A stretch of DNA of 33,838 nucleotides from Octopus bimaculoides. Its lineage: Eukaryota. The DNA lies in NCBI RefSeq assembly GCF_001194135.2, contig NC_068989.1, positions 53,714,193 through 53,748,030 on the forward strand. The letters are read 5' to 3'. This document shows, one piece after another, positions 1-10,157 of this stretch. The notes under the pieces are model-generated. The model was not told where the DNA came from and ran no database searches. It saw only the letters and a list, made by a program, of their open reading frames with translations. Position 1 is the stretch's first letter, and the number at the start of each line of letters is the position of its first letter. The position numbers were made by a program, and so were the translations under genes.

Positions 1-62
<62 letters not shown>
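1..62. repeat. (AT)n then (AC)n microsatellite
   Basis: Direct reading of the sequence. Confidence 0.98.
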
Positions 63-63
<1 letters not shown>

Positions 64-250
64 TATATATAACACTTCCGCAATGTATCTTTACGTTTCG
101 TGTAAATAAAAGCAGCAAATTATAGGATATATCTTCACTTATGAAGATCCAAAATATAATAACAGATGCAAAAAAAGAAGCGAACACGCAATACAGCGAG
201 AAAAGTATTAAAAACAATCGTTAGCGGATATAGATGTATAAAGCCCCTCA

Positions 251-329
251 CGCAAGCTGCATGGCGCCAGCTGCTGGGCGCAAGCTGCAGGGCGCAAGCT
301 GCAGGGCGCAAACTGCAAGGCGCATGCAC
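251..329. repeat. GC-rich 14-bp minisatellite, about 5.5 units of CGCAAGCTGCAGGG
   Basis: Units at 251 cgcaagctgcatgg, 265 cgccagctgctggg, 279 and 293 cgcaagctgcaggg, 307 cgcaaactgcaagg, partial unit at 321. Confidence 0.9.
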
Positions 330-498
330 AATCGCTCATACAAGCATCCAAGGAACGAGGTTGTAAGCGTATGCACATGTGTGGTTTGGTAAACACACGT
401 TCACATTTCAAATTAAATAACTATTAGGTGTATATCAGAATGGAAAGGTTACGTCTAAACTTAATTCATCCTTAACTTAAAGTAAATTATGTTAACAA

Positions 499-945
499 TT
501 ATTTAAATTCATCCCCATTGCATTGTGCAAAAGTATATGTTTTAGCATGTAGGCTTCTTGAGAGTCTTTCAGAAATTCTATTAATGATCTTCTCATTAGT
601 CCACAGAATACGCAGGGATTTTTCGTAGGAGAATCGGCATCTCCTGGAAATGATATTGTATAGTTTTGCTTGCCTTACTATGGACCAAGTTATATTATAC
701 TTAATTCTATCTTCCTTCTGTCGTCATACAAAATCGGCCAAAGTAGTTGAATGTCTCTTATCGATTGTCTTAAAGCTGGAGACATGGTTGCGATAACGAT
801 TCTTAAATGAATCAGCCGTTTGCCCAATGTAAACATACAGCCCCCACCCATTTGTGTGCACGGTACATTTATATAAGATTTGTACTCATACAAAGGTTCA
901 TCAATGGGCATTTTGATTTCTTTTTGCATGAGCATTTATGTATAT
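499..945 (-). mobile_element. Penelope-like element (Naiad-type) remnant: Cys-rich linker plus GIY-YIG endonuclease, pseudogenised
   Basis: Manual minus-strand translation in a frame not in the ORF track: CSCKKKSKCPLMNLCMSTNL/LYKCTVHTNGWGLYVYIGQTADSFKNRYRNHVSSFKTIDKRHSTTLADFV*RQKEDRIKYNITWSIVRQAKLYNIISRRC...EK...IINRISERLSRSLHAK...EFK*. This gives CxC-x4-CP-x3-C, a GIY-YIG-like LYK..YIG motif, R..NH and WSI. One frameshift and one TGA at a Trp position. Confidence 0.88.
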
Positions 946-951
946 GTATAT

Positions 952-1245
952 GCACTGGGTCGGTTTCGGCGATTAAGATTCCATTTGATCTGGTCGGCGA
1001 AGCAGTTTGCTCGTGAAATTAACGTGCATATGGCTGAGCACCCACCAAACACGCGTACCCATAACGTAGTTCTCAAAGAGATTCAGCGCGACACAAAGTG
1101 AAATACAGGTGCTACTTATTTTTGCCAGCTGAGTGCACTGGAGGAACGTGAAATAAAGTGTCTCGCTCAAAGATATAACGCGTCGCCGGGAATTGAACTC
1201 ACGATCATGCGATCGTGAGCCGAATACCCTAGCCACGCGACTTCA
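952..1245 (-). mobile_element. tRNA-derived SINE, family B, abutting the PLE remnant
   Basis: Minus strand has a tRNA-like head (gcgtggctagggtattcgg ... B-box gagttcaattcccgg). Its 3' body (gagaactacgtt..gggtac..gtgctcagcca..gcacgttaatttcacgagca) is homologous to 11439-11600. Confidence 0.85.
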
Positions 1246-1283
1246 CTCTACTTTTTATATTGTTATTATAAAACAACGAAAAA

Positions 1284-1502
1284 GGCGGTGAGCTGGTAGA
1301 ATCGTTAGCACGCCGGGCGAAATGCTTAGCGGTATTTCGTCTGTCTTCACGATCTGAGTTCAAATGCCGCCGAGGTCAACATTGTCCTTCATCCTTTCGG
1401 AGTTGATAAACAAAGTATCCGTTTTGCACTAAGGTTGATGTAATCGATTGGACCCTTCCCTACAAAAAATCCAGGCCTTGTGCTTATAGTAGAAAGAATT
1501 AT
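1284..1502 (+). mobile_element. tRNA-derived SINE, family A
   Basis: ggcggtgagctggtagaatcgttagc head, B-box ctgagttcaaatgcc, central catcctttcgg..gataaa..agt block, tail ccttgtgcttatagtagaaagaattat. At least 9 homologues in the window. Confidence 0.92.
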
Positions 1503-2483
1503 AAAACAAAGTAACACGTTAATTCATTTTGTTCTAGAGCAGTTAGAATGGTTATCTTACAATATTTTCTATGAATATTTTTGTCCGAGATATNNNNNNN
1601 NNNNNNNNNNNNNNNNNNNNNNNNNNNNNNNNNNNNNNNNNNNNNNNNNNNNNNNNNNNNNNNNNNNNNNNNNNNNNNNNNNNNNNNNNNNNNNNNNNNN
1701 NNNNNNNNNNNNNNNNNNNNNNNNNNNNNNNNNNNNNNNNNNNNNNNNNNNNNNNNNTTTTAAAGACATTAAACAGTGCAAACGTTGCAAAGTTAGAGTC
1801 TTTAACCATCTCAAACTTTTTTTGAGAAAAATGTGCGTTATTTAATATCAATTCTCGCTGCAAGTGGTCTTGTACGAGGCTAAGAATTCCTTTCAAAGCA
1901 CAAAATAATGATTGGAAATTTATAACAAATAATTGCTCTTACAACGGAGAAAGAGCAGAATTGAAGGAAATCAGTTATGTTTGCGTCAGTAAACGATAAG
2001 TGCAAAGAGTTTAAGCAATCAAAGATATTTTATGCTGTAAAGAAGGATCAAAATGTGTTTTCTATTTATTCAGCCCTAATGGAAAATATTTTATCTCTCT
2101 CTACGACAAGGGATTCCGTTAGAAGTTGGACTTCTTTTCTTCCACAGTGAAAAATAAAATTGTGGTTTTTTTCTTATAAAATGAAATTCAGAAGGTACTA
2201 ATATAAGATTGATTTTTGGCAAGGTGTAGTGAAACTTATTTCGCTTATTCATATAATAATTATACTGATTTCCTTAAACTAAGTAACCATTAAAAAAATT
2301 TTGCAAGCGTCTCGTGTCTCTTACAAAAAAGTTAACATTTTGAAAACCCTGAAACGCTTTCACTCCAAGATATTTGCTTAAATTTTGTAGAATTTTACCT
2401 CTTAACAAACTACCACAGAATTACACAAAGAGACTATTGCTAACATAGCTAAACTTTATCAAAATTATAATACCTGTTTGCAG

Positions 2484-2623
2484 TTCGTCGGATAAGGCTG
2501 TTTAGATGTCTTGTTCAGAGACACAACACAACGGCGGTGGATCGACAAGAATCACAGAGCAGTAAACCCGAAAAAATCCCTCTTCAACAAGTTAAACGTC
2601 ATTACATCGACTTGACCAGCTAA
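2484..2623 (+). CDS. Candidate terminal coding exon of an unidentified host gene
   Basis: Acceptor cctgtttgcAG at 2482-2483, CTAAC branch-like motif upstream, open frame xRRIRLFRCLVQRHNTTAVDRQESQSSKPEKIPLQQVKRHYIDLTS*. No homology recognised. Confidence 0.25.
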
Positions 2624-2899
2624 CACTCAATCGTTATCATGCAACGAAGTCATTTACAGAGAGATACAATCCATTGAGATGATTTGATTGGAGTTTCATA
2701 TAATCCGGTTTTAATATGAAAATGTTCGCTACTTAGATAACGTTTATACGACTGGTCGTCGTTGTCGTAGTAGGAGTAGTATAACAAGCAAGAACAAAGT
2801 CATCATGAGCCTGGATTATTTATATTAGATATGGGGTCAACGAACGTGTAGTTTAAGAATGATCGTTGTTTCTAATGTAAGTGTGTATTATTATATAAA

Positions 2900-3050
2900 G
2901 TGTGAATAACAGAATCGTTAGTGTACGGGTATTCAGTTTCGAATCTATATATTCTGAGTTCAAATCCTACATAGACAAAACTTTACCTTTTATCCTCACA
3001 CAGTCGATTAAGCACAAGTCAAATACTGGAGTTGATTTAATCGACACACA
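2900..3050 (+). mobile_element. Degenerate SINE family A copy
   Basis: cagaatcgttag ... ttctgagttcaaatcc ... ctttaccttttatcct ... ctggagttgatttaatcgac. Confidence 0.7.
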
Positions 3051-3176
3051 GCACACCCAAATATGTGGGCCTCATGCCTACGTTAGTAATTGTTATCATT
3101 TATAGTTTCAAGTAGATTTTAGAGTCACCAGGGTGATGAGAGAAGTTCCCTGTGGTATTTAATTAGTCTGTTTTCA

Positions 3177-3268
3177 TTCTGCGTTCAAATTCTGCAAAGA
3201 TCAACTTCTCCTTTTGATTTCCGATATGGATAAAATAAAATAACACTCAAGCACTGAGTTAAGTCAAT
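3177..3268 (+). mobile_element. Highly degenerate SINE family A fragment
   Basis: ctgcgttcaaattctgc..gatcaactt..ggataaaataa..caagcactgag resembles the family A B-box and central block. Confidence 0.5.
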
Positions 3269-3292
3269 TTCTTTTCTTTGTCCAGGAAAAAT

Positions 3293-3399
<107 letters not shown>

Positions 3400-3486
3400 T
3401 TAGGAGTATCATAAATTGTTCATTAATACAGAGAAGGAAGAGGATGATAAGTAAATTCTGAGGTATAACAGAGTTGAGAAAATATT

Positions 3487-3623
3487 CTTTTCTTTTCTAC
3501 TCTTGGCACAAGGCCCGAAATTTATGGGGAAGGGGCCAGCCGATTATGTCGATCCAAGTACGCAACTGGTACTTAATTTATCGACCCCGAAAGGATGAAA
3601 GGTAGATTCGACCTCGGTGGGAT
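3487..3623 (-). mobile_element. 5'-truncated SINE family A with 17-bp target-site duplication
   Basis: Body is the reverse complement of the family A 3' half. AGAGTTGAGAAAATATT occurs at 3470-3486 and 3624-3640. Confidence 0.9.
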
Positions 3624-4346
3624 AGAGTTGAGAAAATATTGACGACAGAAAATTCTGCTATTGAGGTTATAATTGCGGGATCATTTTTAAAATCCTAAAT
3701 GAAGATGTAATGCAACACTACGACCTTTGCAAGCTTCTCCGTATATTACTATCTTTTTGCTAAAGAACTAAGATCCATCCATCTACTCTTAATGCTTATT
3801 TTTATATTCCTATTCGAATAGATATGAAGGAATACCCACTTTCCTATGCAAGTACCGTGGTTGCACCATTGAGTTTTTAGTTTAACCTAGGTGATATTGA
3901 TGTTTGGGTCTGTTCATATTAAGTATGTAATGACCAGGTTTGCAATATTTACTGTTGTTACTATTTTGTTGTGTTTATTGCTTCGAAGTTACTTTCCTGA
4001 TCAGCAAGAAGATTACTAACAACTCTGTTAATTATTTCCATCGTTAAATCATAGTCGTTGTCGTGTTTTTCATTATTAGAATGTCTTACTTTGAAATCAT
4101 TGTCATAAACTTTTTATTCATATTTTGTTTATCCTTTTCTGGTTCGGATCTTGTCAGTCAGTATTCTCTAGGAATATTGGAATTTGTTTTCGTTGTGTAT
4201 TGTGTCCGTTTGTAATGTGTTTCATGTTGAGAGATCTATCATAGTGGTTTATTCCTTGTTCTTTTTTTGTTTGTTATTTGTTTCCATCATGATATAATTT
4301 TTAATGCTTCATTGTGGGTTTTTCGTATGACTTTGGCCATAAAAAA

Positions 4347-4535
4347 GCGGTGAGCTCGCAGAATCGTAAGCACACCGGACAGAATGGTTAGCGGCATTTC
4401 GTTCTGAGTTCTGAGTTCGATTTTACATTTCATCCTTTGACGGTCGATAAAATGAGTATCAGTTGAGTACTGGGGGTCGATGTAATCAACTTACCCCTCC
4501 TCTGAAGCTGCTGGCTTTGTGCGAAAATTTGAAAC
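4347..4535 (+). mobile_element. SINE family A with internal deletion
   Basis: gcggtgagctcgcagaatcgtaagc ... catcctttgacggtcgataaaatgagtatcagttgagtactgggggtcgatgtaatcaac ... ctttgtgcgaaaatttgaaac. Confidence 0.9.
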
Positions 4536-5156
4536 TTTGAAATTTCGGCTGCGAGAGTGTATATTTTAAAGTTAGTTAGTCTGTTGAAATTCATCCATTT
4601 TAGATCAGGGTTATATTTTCTTCAAATTATACAAGAATATCGTGATGTCTTCAATTTTCTTGTACAATGTGACTGTAAAATATGCATGATAAATAGAAAC
4701 ATATTCCTCTCCAAGAGAATTAAGTAACAGCTTTTTTTCTAGGGATATCAAGTTCCCTGCGCTCCATTTTCACACATTTATGCCTTAAACAGAAAATACG
4801 CATATACCTTTTAATGTTGGTATAACTGATAACATTTTTATTTGTATTCCTTAAATATTTTTCCATGGATGGACAAAATGTCTGGTAATTATATGACTTG
4901 TCAGTTTATTTTCATGAAGTATCCAATCATTACCTACTTCGAATGTTTGTAATACATTAATTATATGACGTAGAAATCAATAAATTTTGCATATAAATCA
5001 TTCTATCTATTCAACAATATGCTTATCGTTGAATATCTTCAGTTTTCGATTTATTTGTTGCTTTTTGTTGTGATAATGGTTATTTTTTGGAGTAGTCATG
5101 CAGTTAAAAGTCACTCCATTGTTTTCTATCGGTATGCTCATTATTAAATCTCATCG

Positions 5157-5158
<2 letters not shown>

Positions 5159-5218
<60 letters not shown>
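5159..5218. repeat. (ATT)n array, equal to the (TAA)n tail or target of the adjacent minus-strand Dong/R4 LINE
   Basis: Direct reading; abuts the LINE 3' UTR. Confidence 0.95.
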
Positions 5219-5224
<6 letters not shown>

Positions 5225-6260
5225 CTTTCTTCAATTTTGTTTACATTTCTTGCTGAGTATCTCCCTGGCAACCGACAAAGAAACTCACAGTATACATTGA
5301 TAGGTCATTAAAATGAACACAACAGATTGTTTATTTACAAAATCAAATAAAGTTACGTAAAAAAATTATTTACATGGAAGGTAATCGTTCTCACAGCAAC
5401 GGTGCCCTTCTCAATACGTGTGACGTATGATTTAAAGCAATCTTTTCCACTTCTTACAGGGATGGTCAGTCAGGGATCGTTCTCAAATAATTTTCAGTTC
5501 CTTTTTTGCTCATTTCAAGCACTTCTGCAATCACTGGTATTGTAACCGACTAGAGATGCCATATTTGTTTTCGATTTCAGTGAAATCTTTACATTTTCTG
5601 GGCTTGTTAAATTCTTTTGTCAAAATATTATGACCACAAGGGATATACATGTCGATCAATAAACAGGCTTTATTATTTTGGTATTTTACAACAATATCCA
5701 GTTTATTAGCTCTGATGGCTCTGTCTGTATTTACAGGAGATTCCCAAAGAATCGTTACATTTTCTCCCTCAATTACAACCTCAGGATGGTACTTATACCA
5801 CTAGCCAACCATTTTGATCTTATACTCAACATATTATACAGTGAAGATATTGGCCAACTCTGTCATGTCTTGATTTATACTCCACTGCCGCTAAAACTTT
5901 ACATGCAGAGATTAAGTCATCAGCTATTACAATCTCATCATTACAGAATCGGCACTTTGGATATTTCATCATTTGGCTCGGTAGTTCCGGGACAATAAAC
6001 TTTCATTTTGAGCAGCTAAGATAAAGCATTTGTTCTCTGCACCCCCGTGCTTCATAACCACTGATGAAAGTGCTTCTGGTCAACATCATCTTGTTTGCTA
6101 CGGGTCCATATACTTTCCACGGGGAGAATTCTTCTCCCACCTACCAGCCAATTGTTCATGTGCGTTTTTCATTGCCATTAACATTCCTTTCTTAGCCACA
6201 TATCCCTCAGTCTGTTCAGCCTTGTCATCATTCATTCACTTATTGTTATTCCATATACGC
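5219..6260 (-). mobile_element. Dong/R4-clade LINE 3' fragment (CCHC knuckle, RHD, REL endonuclease, 3' UTR), pseudogenised
   Basis: Manual translation across frameshifts: EQLAGRWE...GKY..HQWL*STG..FILAAQNESLLSRNYRAK..KCRFCNDE..DLISACKVLAAVEYKSRHDRVGQYLH..KYHPEVVIEGENVTILWE..TDRAIRANKLDIVV..LLIDMYIP..EKIALNHTSHVLRRA. Ends in (TAA)n. Confidence 0.88.
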
Positions 6261-6299
6261 TCAACAGATTAGACTGTTGGAAAAAATTCCTTTCATAGG

Positions 6300-6585
6300 C
6301 TACAAGAAGTAAAGTCAGATGCCAAAACCTTTCCTAAGTATTCTAAGTTCCTAATAATATTGTTTTCTGGAGCTGCACTGAACTAGGTTTCATGTCTGTT
6401 TCCACTATCCATTTGTTCAAGTTTTTAGGAATAGTTCCTTATGCATCTATAATTTCAGAGATCCATTTTACCCGCACCTTCCTAAACCTCTGCAACTCAG
6501 TGGCTAGGTTCTGACCCTTTGCTATTTTCTCTACAACTCTCATATCGACTTTTTCATCATTTGTGATTGTAAAGTTCATTATTAT
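6300..6585 (-). mobile_element. Second Dong/R4-like REL C-terminal fragment, diverged subfamily
   Basis: IIMNFTITNDEKVDMRVVEKIAKGQNLATELQRFRKVRVKWISEIIDA*GTIPKNLNKW...LQKTILLGT/RILRKVL, typical of the R4/Dong C-terminus. Confidence 0.8.
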
Positions 6586-6586
6586 T

Positions 6587-6795
6587 AAGACGGCGAGCCA
6601 GCAGAATCCGTAGCATGCCATGTAAAAATGCCTAGTGGTATTTTGTCCGTCTTTACGTTCTGGAATCAAATGCCGCCGCGACTGACTTTGTATTTCATCC
6701 TTTTGTGGTTGATAAAATAAGTACCCGTTGAGCACCGGGGCCTATGTAATCGACATAGCACTTCCCCTTGTGCCAAAATTTGAAACCAATATTAT
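6587..6795 (+). mobile_element. SINE family A
   Basis: gacggcgagccagcagaatccgtagc head, tttcatccttttgtggttgataaaataagtacc block, tail ccttgtgccaaaatttgaaaccaatatt; ATTATT on both flanks. Confidence 0.9.
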
Positions 6796-6798
6796 TTT

Positions 6799-6799
<1 letters not shown>

Positions 6800-6849
<50 letters not shown>
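6800..6849. repeat. (AGT)n microsatellite
   Basis: Direct reading. Confidence 0.97.
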
Positions 6850-7899
6850 AAGCAGCAGGATTAATATTGCATTTATGTTAGGTTCGTTGTATTTTGTTAT
6901 AAGCTGATACACTTAATTAGGAGAGAGGTTTGTAATATGGTGAACGTCCTACTGAATCTAATTTTTTTTAAAACATGAAGCTAGTTTCACTTTTCAAATG
7001 AAATAACCTCAAAGCTAATAAGTAGTCTGGTAAGTCATTACAAGTATCAACATTTAATCTCATGGCTAGACTTTCGTTTCACCATAAGCTTTTAAAATGA
7101 AATACCATCCATCTCCGCCGCCAGACACATTCGTTTTATACATTTTATATTTCCCTGAAGATAAAAAAAAACGAAAGACAAATCTTCTTTCTTGTCGAGA
7201 TAAAGTTATAGTAATATTATATCTAATTTCTTTTAATATCTTACTGATGGTTATCACTTACAATTGTCAGATAGATATCACATTATTAATTGTCAAGCAT
7301 AATTAATAATATGCGTTGAATGAAGTTGATTTTAACCTATTAAAAACAAAATAAGAAAAGAAGTTGAAAGTAGGCTGGTTTTCAAGCAATATCTGGTTAT
7401 GATCTCCGATTACAATGTCTGACTTTTGAGCCACAATTTACCTAATCATTTACTATGTTACAGTAATTATTTTACAAGTTGATTTATGCATTTAGAAACA
7501 GACACAAATAAATACAGACCCTCACACACATGTATATGTATTTTATTTATATGCATACATGTTTGTATACATACATATAAGTATGTAATCTATATGCATA
7601 TACATACATACGCACATGTATATGCACAAATATAAATTCTAACATTATATAAATAAATTTAGTACTTTTGAGATCAGACACTAGTAAATTTTGCACACTT
7701 TTTACACGCATTTATGTAAGCATACACTTGCACTTTTGTAATGGTATACACACATACGTATATACACACGTACATACATAGACATTAAAAGCCTGCTTCC
7801 GTATACTTGCACACACATTTTCTATTTACTCAACATTGAATCTTCTCTTTAAGGTTAATACTAAATGTTATTCAGATGTGAAACGTCCCATCTCTATCG

Positions 7900-7976
7900 G
7901 CCTCTCTTTCCATATACATACGTACATACAAACACGCAAACACGCACATACATGTATGTATGTATGTATGTATGTA

Positions 7977-8058
<82 letters not shown>

Positions 8059-8067
8059 TGTGTGTGT
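7900..8067. repeat. Compound (TACA)/(TATG)n/(TG)n microsatellite
   Basis: Direct reading. Confidence 0.95.
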
Positions 8068-8502
8068 AAGAACTACAAGAAAATAAATCTAAGTATTCAC
8101 TGCCATGTATACGGACTAAAAAGACGTTAGGAAAAATACAATCTACCGTAAACGATAAATGATCTTTTTTTAAATTTCTCTCGAAGACAGAGATGGAAAA
8201 CGAAAAGTTAATGATAATGATTAGCAACTATGAATGAGAAGAGGAGATAATTTGAAGAAATTAAAAATGTCATAGTTGAATTAACATGTCAAGGAAAAAA
8301 TATTATTTTATCTTAGTTACGGTTTGAGAGACAGCTCTGCCTGGGTTTCGAAGCCAGTTTTGTATCATCCACATTGTACAATTCTTATCAACAAAAAGAG
8401 ATGGGGAATATAACATATTTTGAAACAGTTTAGTTCAGCAGTCCCCATGTTTTATGCAGTACAGACCGTGGAATCACACGCATAGCAAAACACAATAAAG
8501 TA

Positions 8503-8751
8503 TAGGGTTGGTGCATAATTATTGCGGCTTTTTCTCTAATTTTATTCAACAAAAACAATAACAACATGTAACAAAAACATCTTTAAATGATTATTCCATA
8601 ACATATTCACCATCTACTCCAATTACTGCTTCCCGTTCGCTTGGCAGACGGTCAGACCATCATTTAAAGATGTTTTTTGTTAAATATTATTATTGTTTTT
8701 GTTGAATAAAATTTGTTGGAAAAAAACCTCAATAATTATGCACCAACCTAA
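8503..8751. mobile_element. Mariner-derived MITE with TA TSD and ~90-bp inverted arms
   Basis: Left end tagggttggtgcataattattgcggc; right end reverse complement ttaggttggtgcataattattgagg. TA at 8501-8502 and 8752-8753. The arms pair to about 8591/8660. Termini resemble the Hsmar1-type TIR TTAGGTTGGTGCAAAAGTAATTGCGG. The spacer reads DRLPSEREAVIGVDGEYVME* on the minus strand (mariner C-terminus). Confidence 0.92.
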
Positions 8752-8760
8752 TACATAACA

Positions 8761-9175
8761 TACTCTTTTAATCTTCTCGTTTCAGGTGTGCGGCTGCGGT
8801 CATGCTGGAGCACCACCATGGTCTTGCTGATTTCCTCTGTCTAGATGCTTCACGTTACCATTCCTGTATGTACCATTGTCGCAGCTGTTGGCTCATTTGG
8901 TATATAAGGGAGTTTGATTCCACTACCCTGATCTCTATTTCATGTCGGGCTGTTGGTTCATCCGGTATTGTGAAGAGGAGATGTTTAGTTCTCTTTTGAA
9001 AGCATCTACTTCTACTTTTGCAGATTTCTTCATTTTTGTGGCAGGGCATTGAAGAGCTGTGGACCGTTGAACCCTAGGCTATGCAGTATTTCGTCCTGAA
9101 TGTAGGTGGAGTGGCTAGCACCTTTGGTACATTACAATGGCGTCTAGTTCTGGCGTATGTACGACACTCAATTAC
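8761..9175 (-). mobile_element. CR1-group LINE 3' end fragment with intact 3' tail
   Basis: RTRRHCNVPKV..RTKYC/SLGFNGPQLFNALPQK..VDAFKREL..LLFTIPDEPT..ESNSL, homologous to 16509-16790. Tail ggtggtgctccagcatgaccgcag..ctgaaac..taaaagagta. Confidence 0.85.
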
Positions 9176-9874
9176 AAATATACTACAAATATACTACGTA
9201 TATATTACATATATAAAACATATATAATTTAAAGCCACCACGTAGACTACCGTATTCAAATTTATTCTTTCTGTGCGACAGGAAACTAAACGGTACCAAA
9301 CAGCTCAGTACTTCCGGCCCATCGGCTGGTAATCCGTGGTTCAGTACATCTTTGCTCAAGGATAATTTGAATAATTTAAAATAAAAGAAGGTATGAAAAA
9401 AATAACTCAAACAAGCCAGTTACGTGGACTTAGGTTACAAAAACATCAAGACGTAAAACAAATCATATGTAAGAGATTCTTAATTTATCAGAATTAAGTA
9501 GAGGAGAATAAAGAAATCTTAAAGGCAATTGTTAGCAAACCTGAATGGAAAGGATAAATTATTCGAAGAAATAAAGAATGAACATATTTGGTGGAAGAAA
9601 GACAATCTCGTATATACTTCAGAGAAGATAAAAATCTGTGGAAGCACTTCGGTCTTGAGGGATGTGTGAAGCCCAAAATATACATAAAATGCTTGGTAGA
9701 CATTAATTTAATGGCATCACATCTAATTTTAAAATTTTTAAATTTTATGTCATCACATCTTATTTTTAAAAGAAAACATTTGACAGTCACTTCGAAGTTT
9801 CGACTCAAATGTCTTCGACAGTCCGATGGCGGCCACTTATTTCAAACTTCGATGTCACTATCAAATGAAAACTT

Positions 9875-9937
9875 GCATATGTATGTCAGCATACATATAG
9901 CATATATGAAGGCATGTATGCATTTATGTACTATGCA

Positions 9938-9989
<52 letters not shown>

Positions 9990-10157
9990 CACACATATAT
10001 GTATATATGTATATATGAATATGTATATATGTAAATATATTCTACATACATATATGTATATACATGTATATAAATATATACATACATATGTATACACTCA
10101 AAAAAACACACATTTATATATATATGTGCACATACACATACACCACACATACACATA
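9875..10157. repeat. (TA)n core with degenerate TA/CA-rich flanks
   Basis: Direct reading. Confidence 0.93.

Noticed and set aside
725-727. In-frame TGA in the PLE endonuclease (and at 33467-33469 in the Dong RT) as possible selenocysteine recoding
   Set aside because: Both fall at conserved Trp positions (TGG to TGA), not Cys, amid other disabling changes.
690-935. 81-aa ORF MLMQKEIK...
   Set aside because: Off-frame reading of the PLE endonuclease remnant; the meaningful frame is different.
1284-1375. tRNA genes
   Set aside because: All A/B-box hits are SINE heads running into SINE bodies; no complete cloverleaf was found.
2148-2194. Strong acceptor (ttcttttcttccacAG) and donor (AAG/GTACT) pair
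   Set aside because: Stops in all three frames; not a coding exon, and a non-coding exon cannot be assessed from sequence alone.
6059-6075. CTGATGAAAG as a hammerhead core
   Set aside because: It is the antisense of Dong coding sequence, with no stem I/II/III architecture.
8316-8432. Open frames after a good acceptor (ttattttatcttAG), and a similar AG..GT pair at 9282-9328
   Set aside because: Short frames, no recognisable homology, and within chance expectation.
9700-9780. ~30-bp direct repeat around TCACATCT(A/T)ATTTT
   Set aside because: Two-copy local duplication in AT-rich DNA with no further structure.
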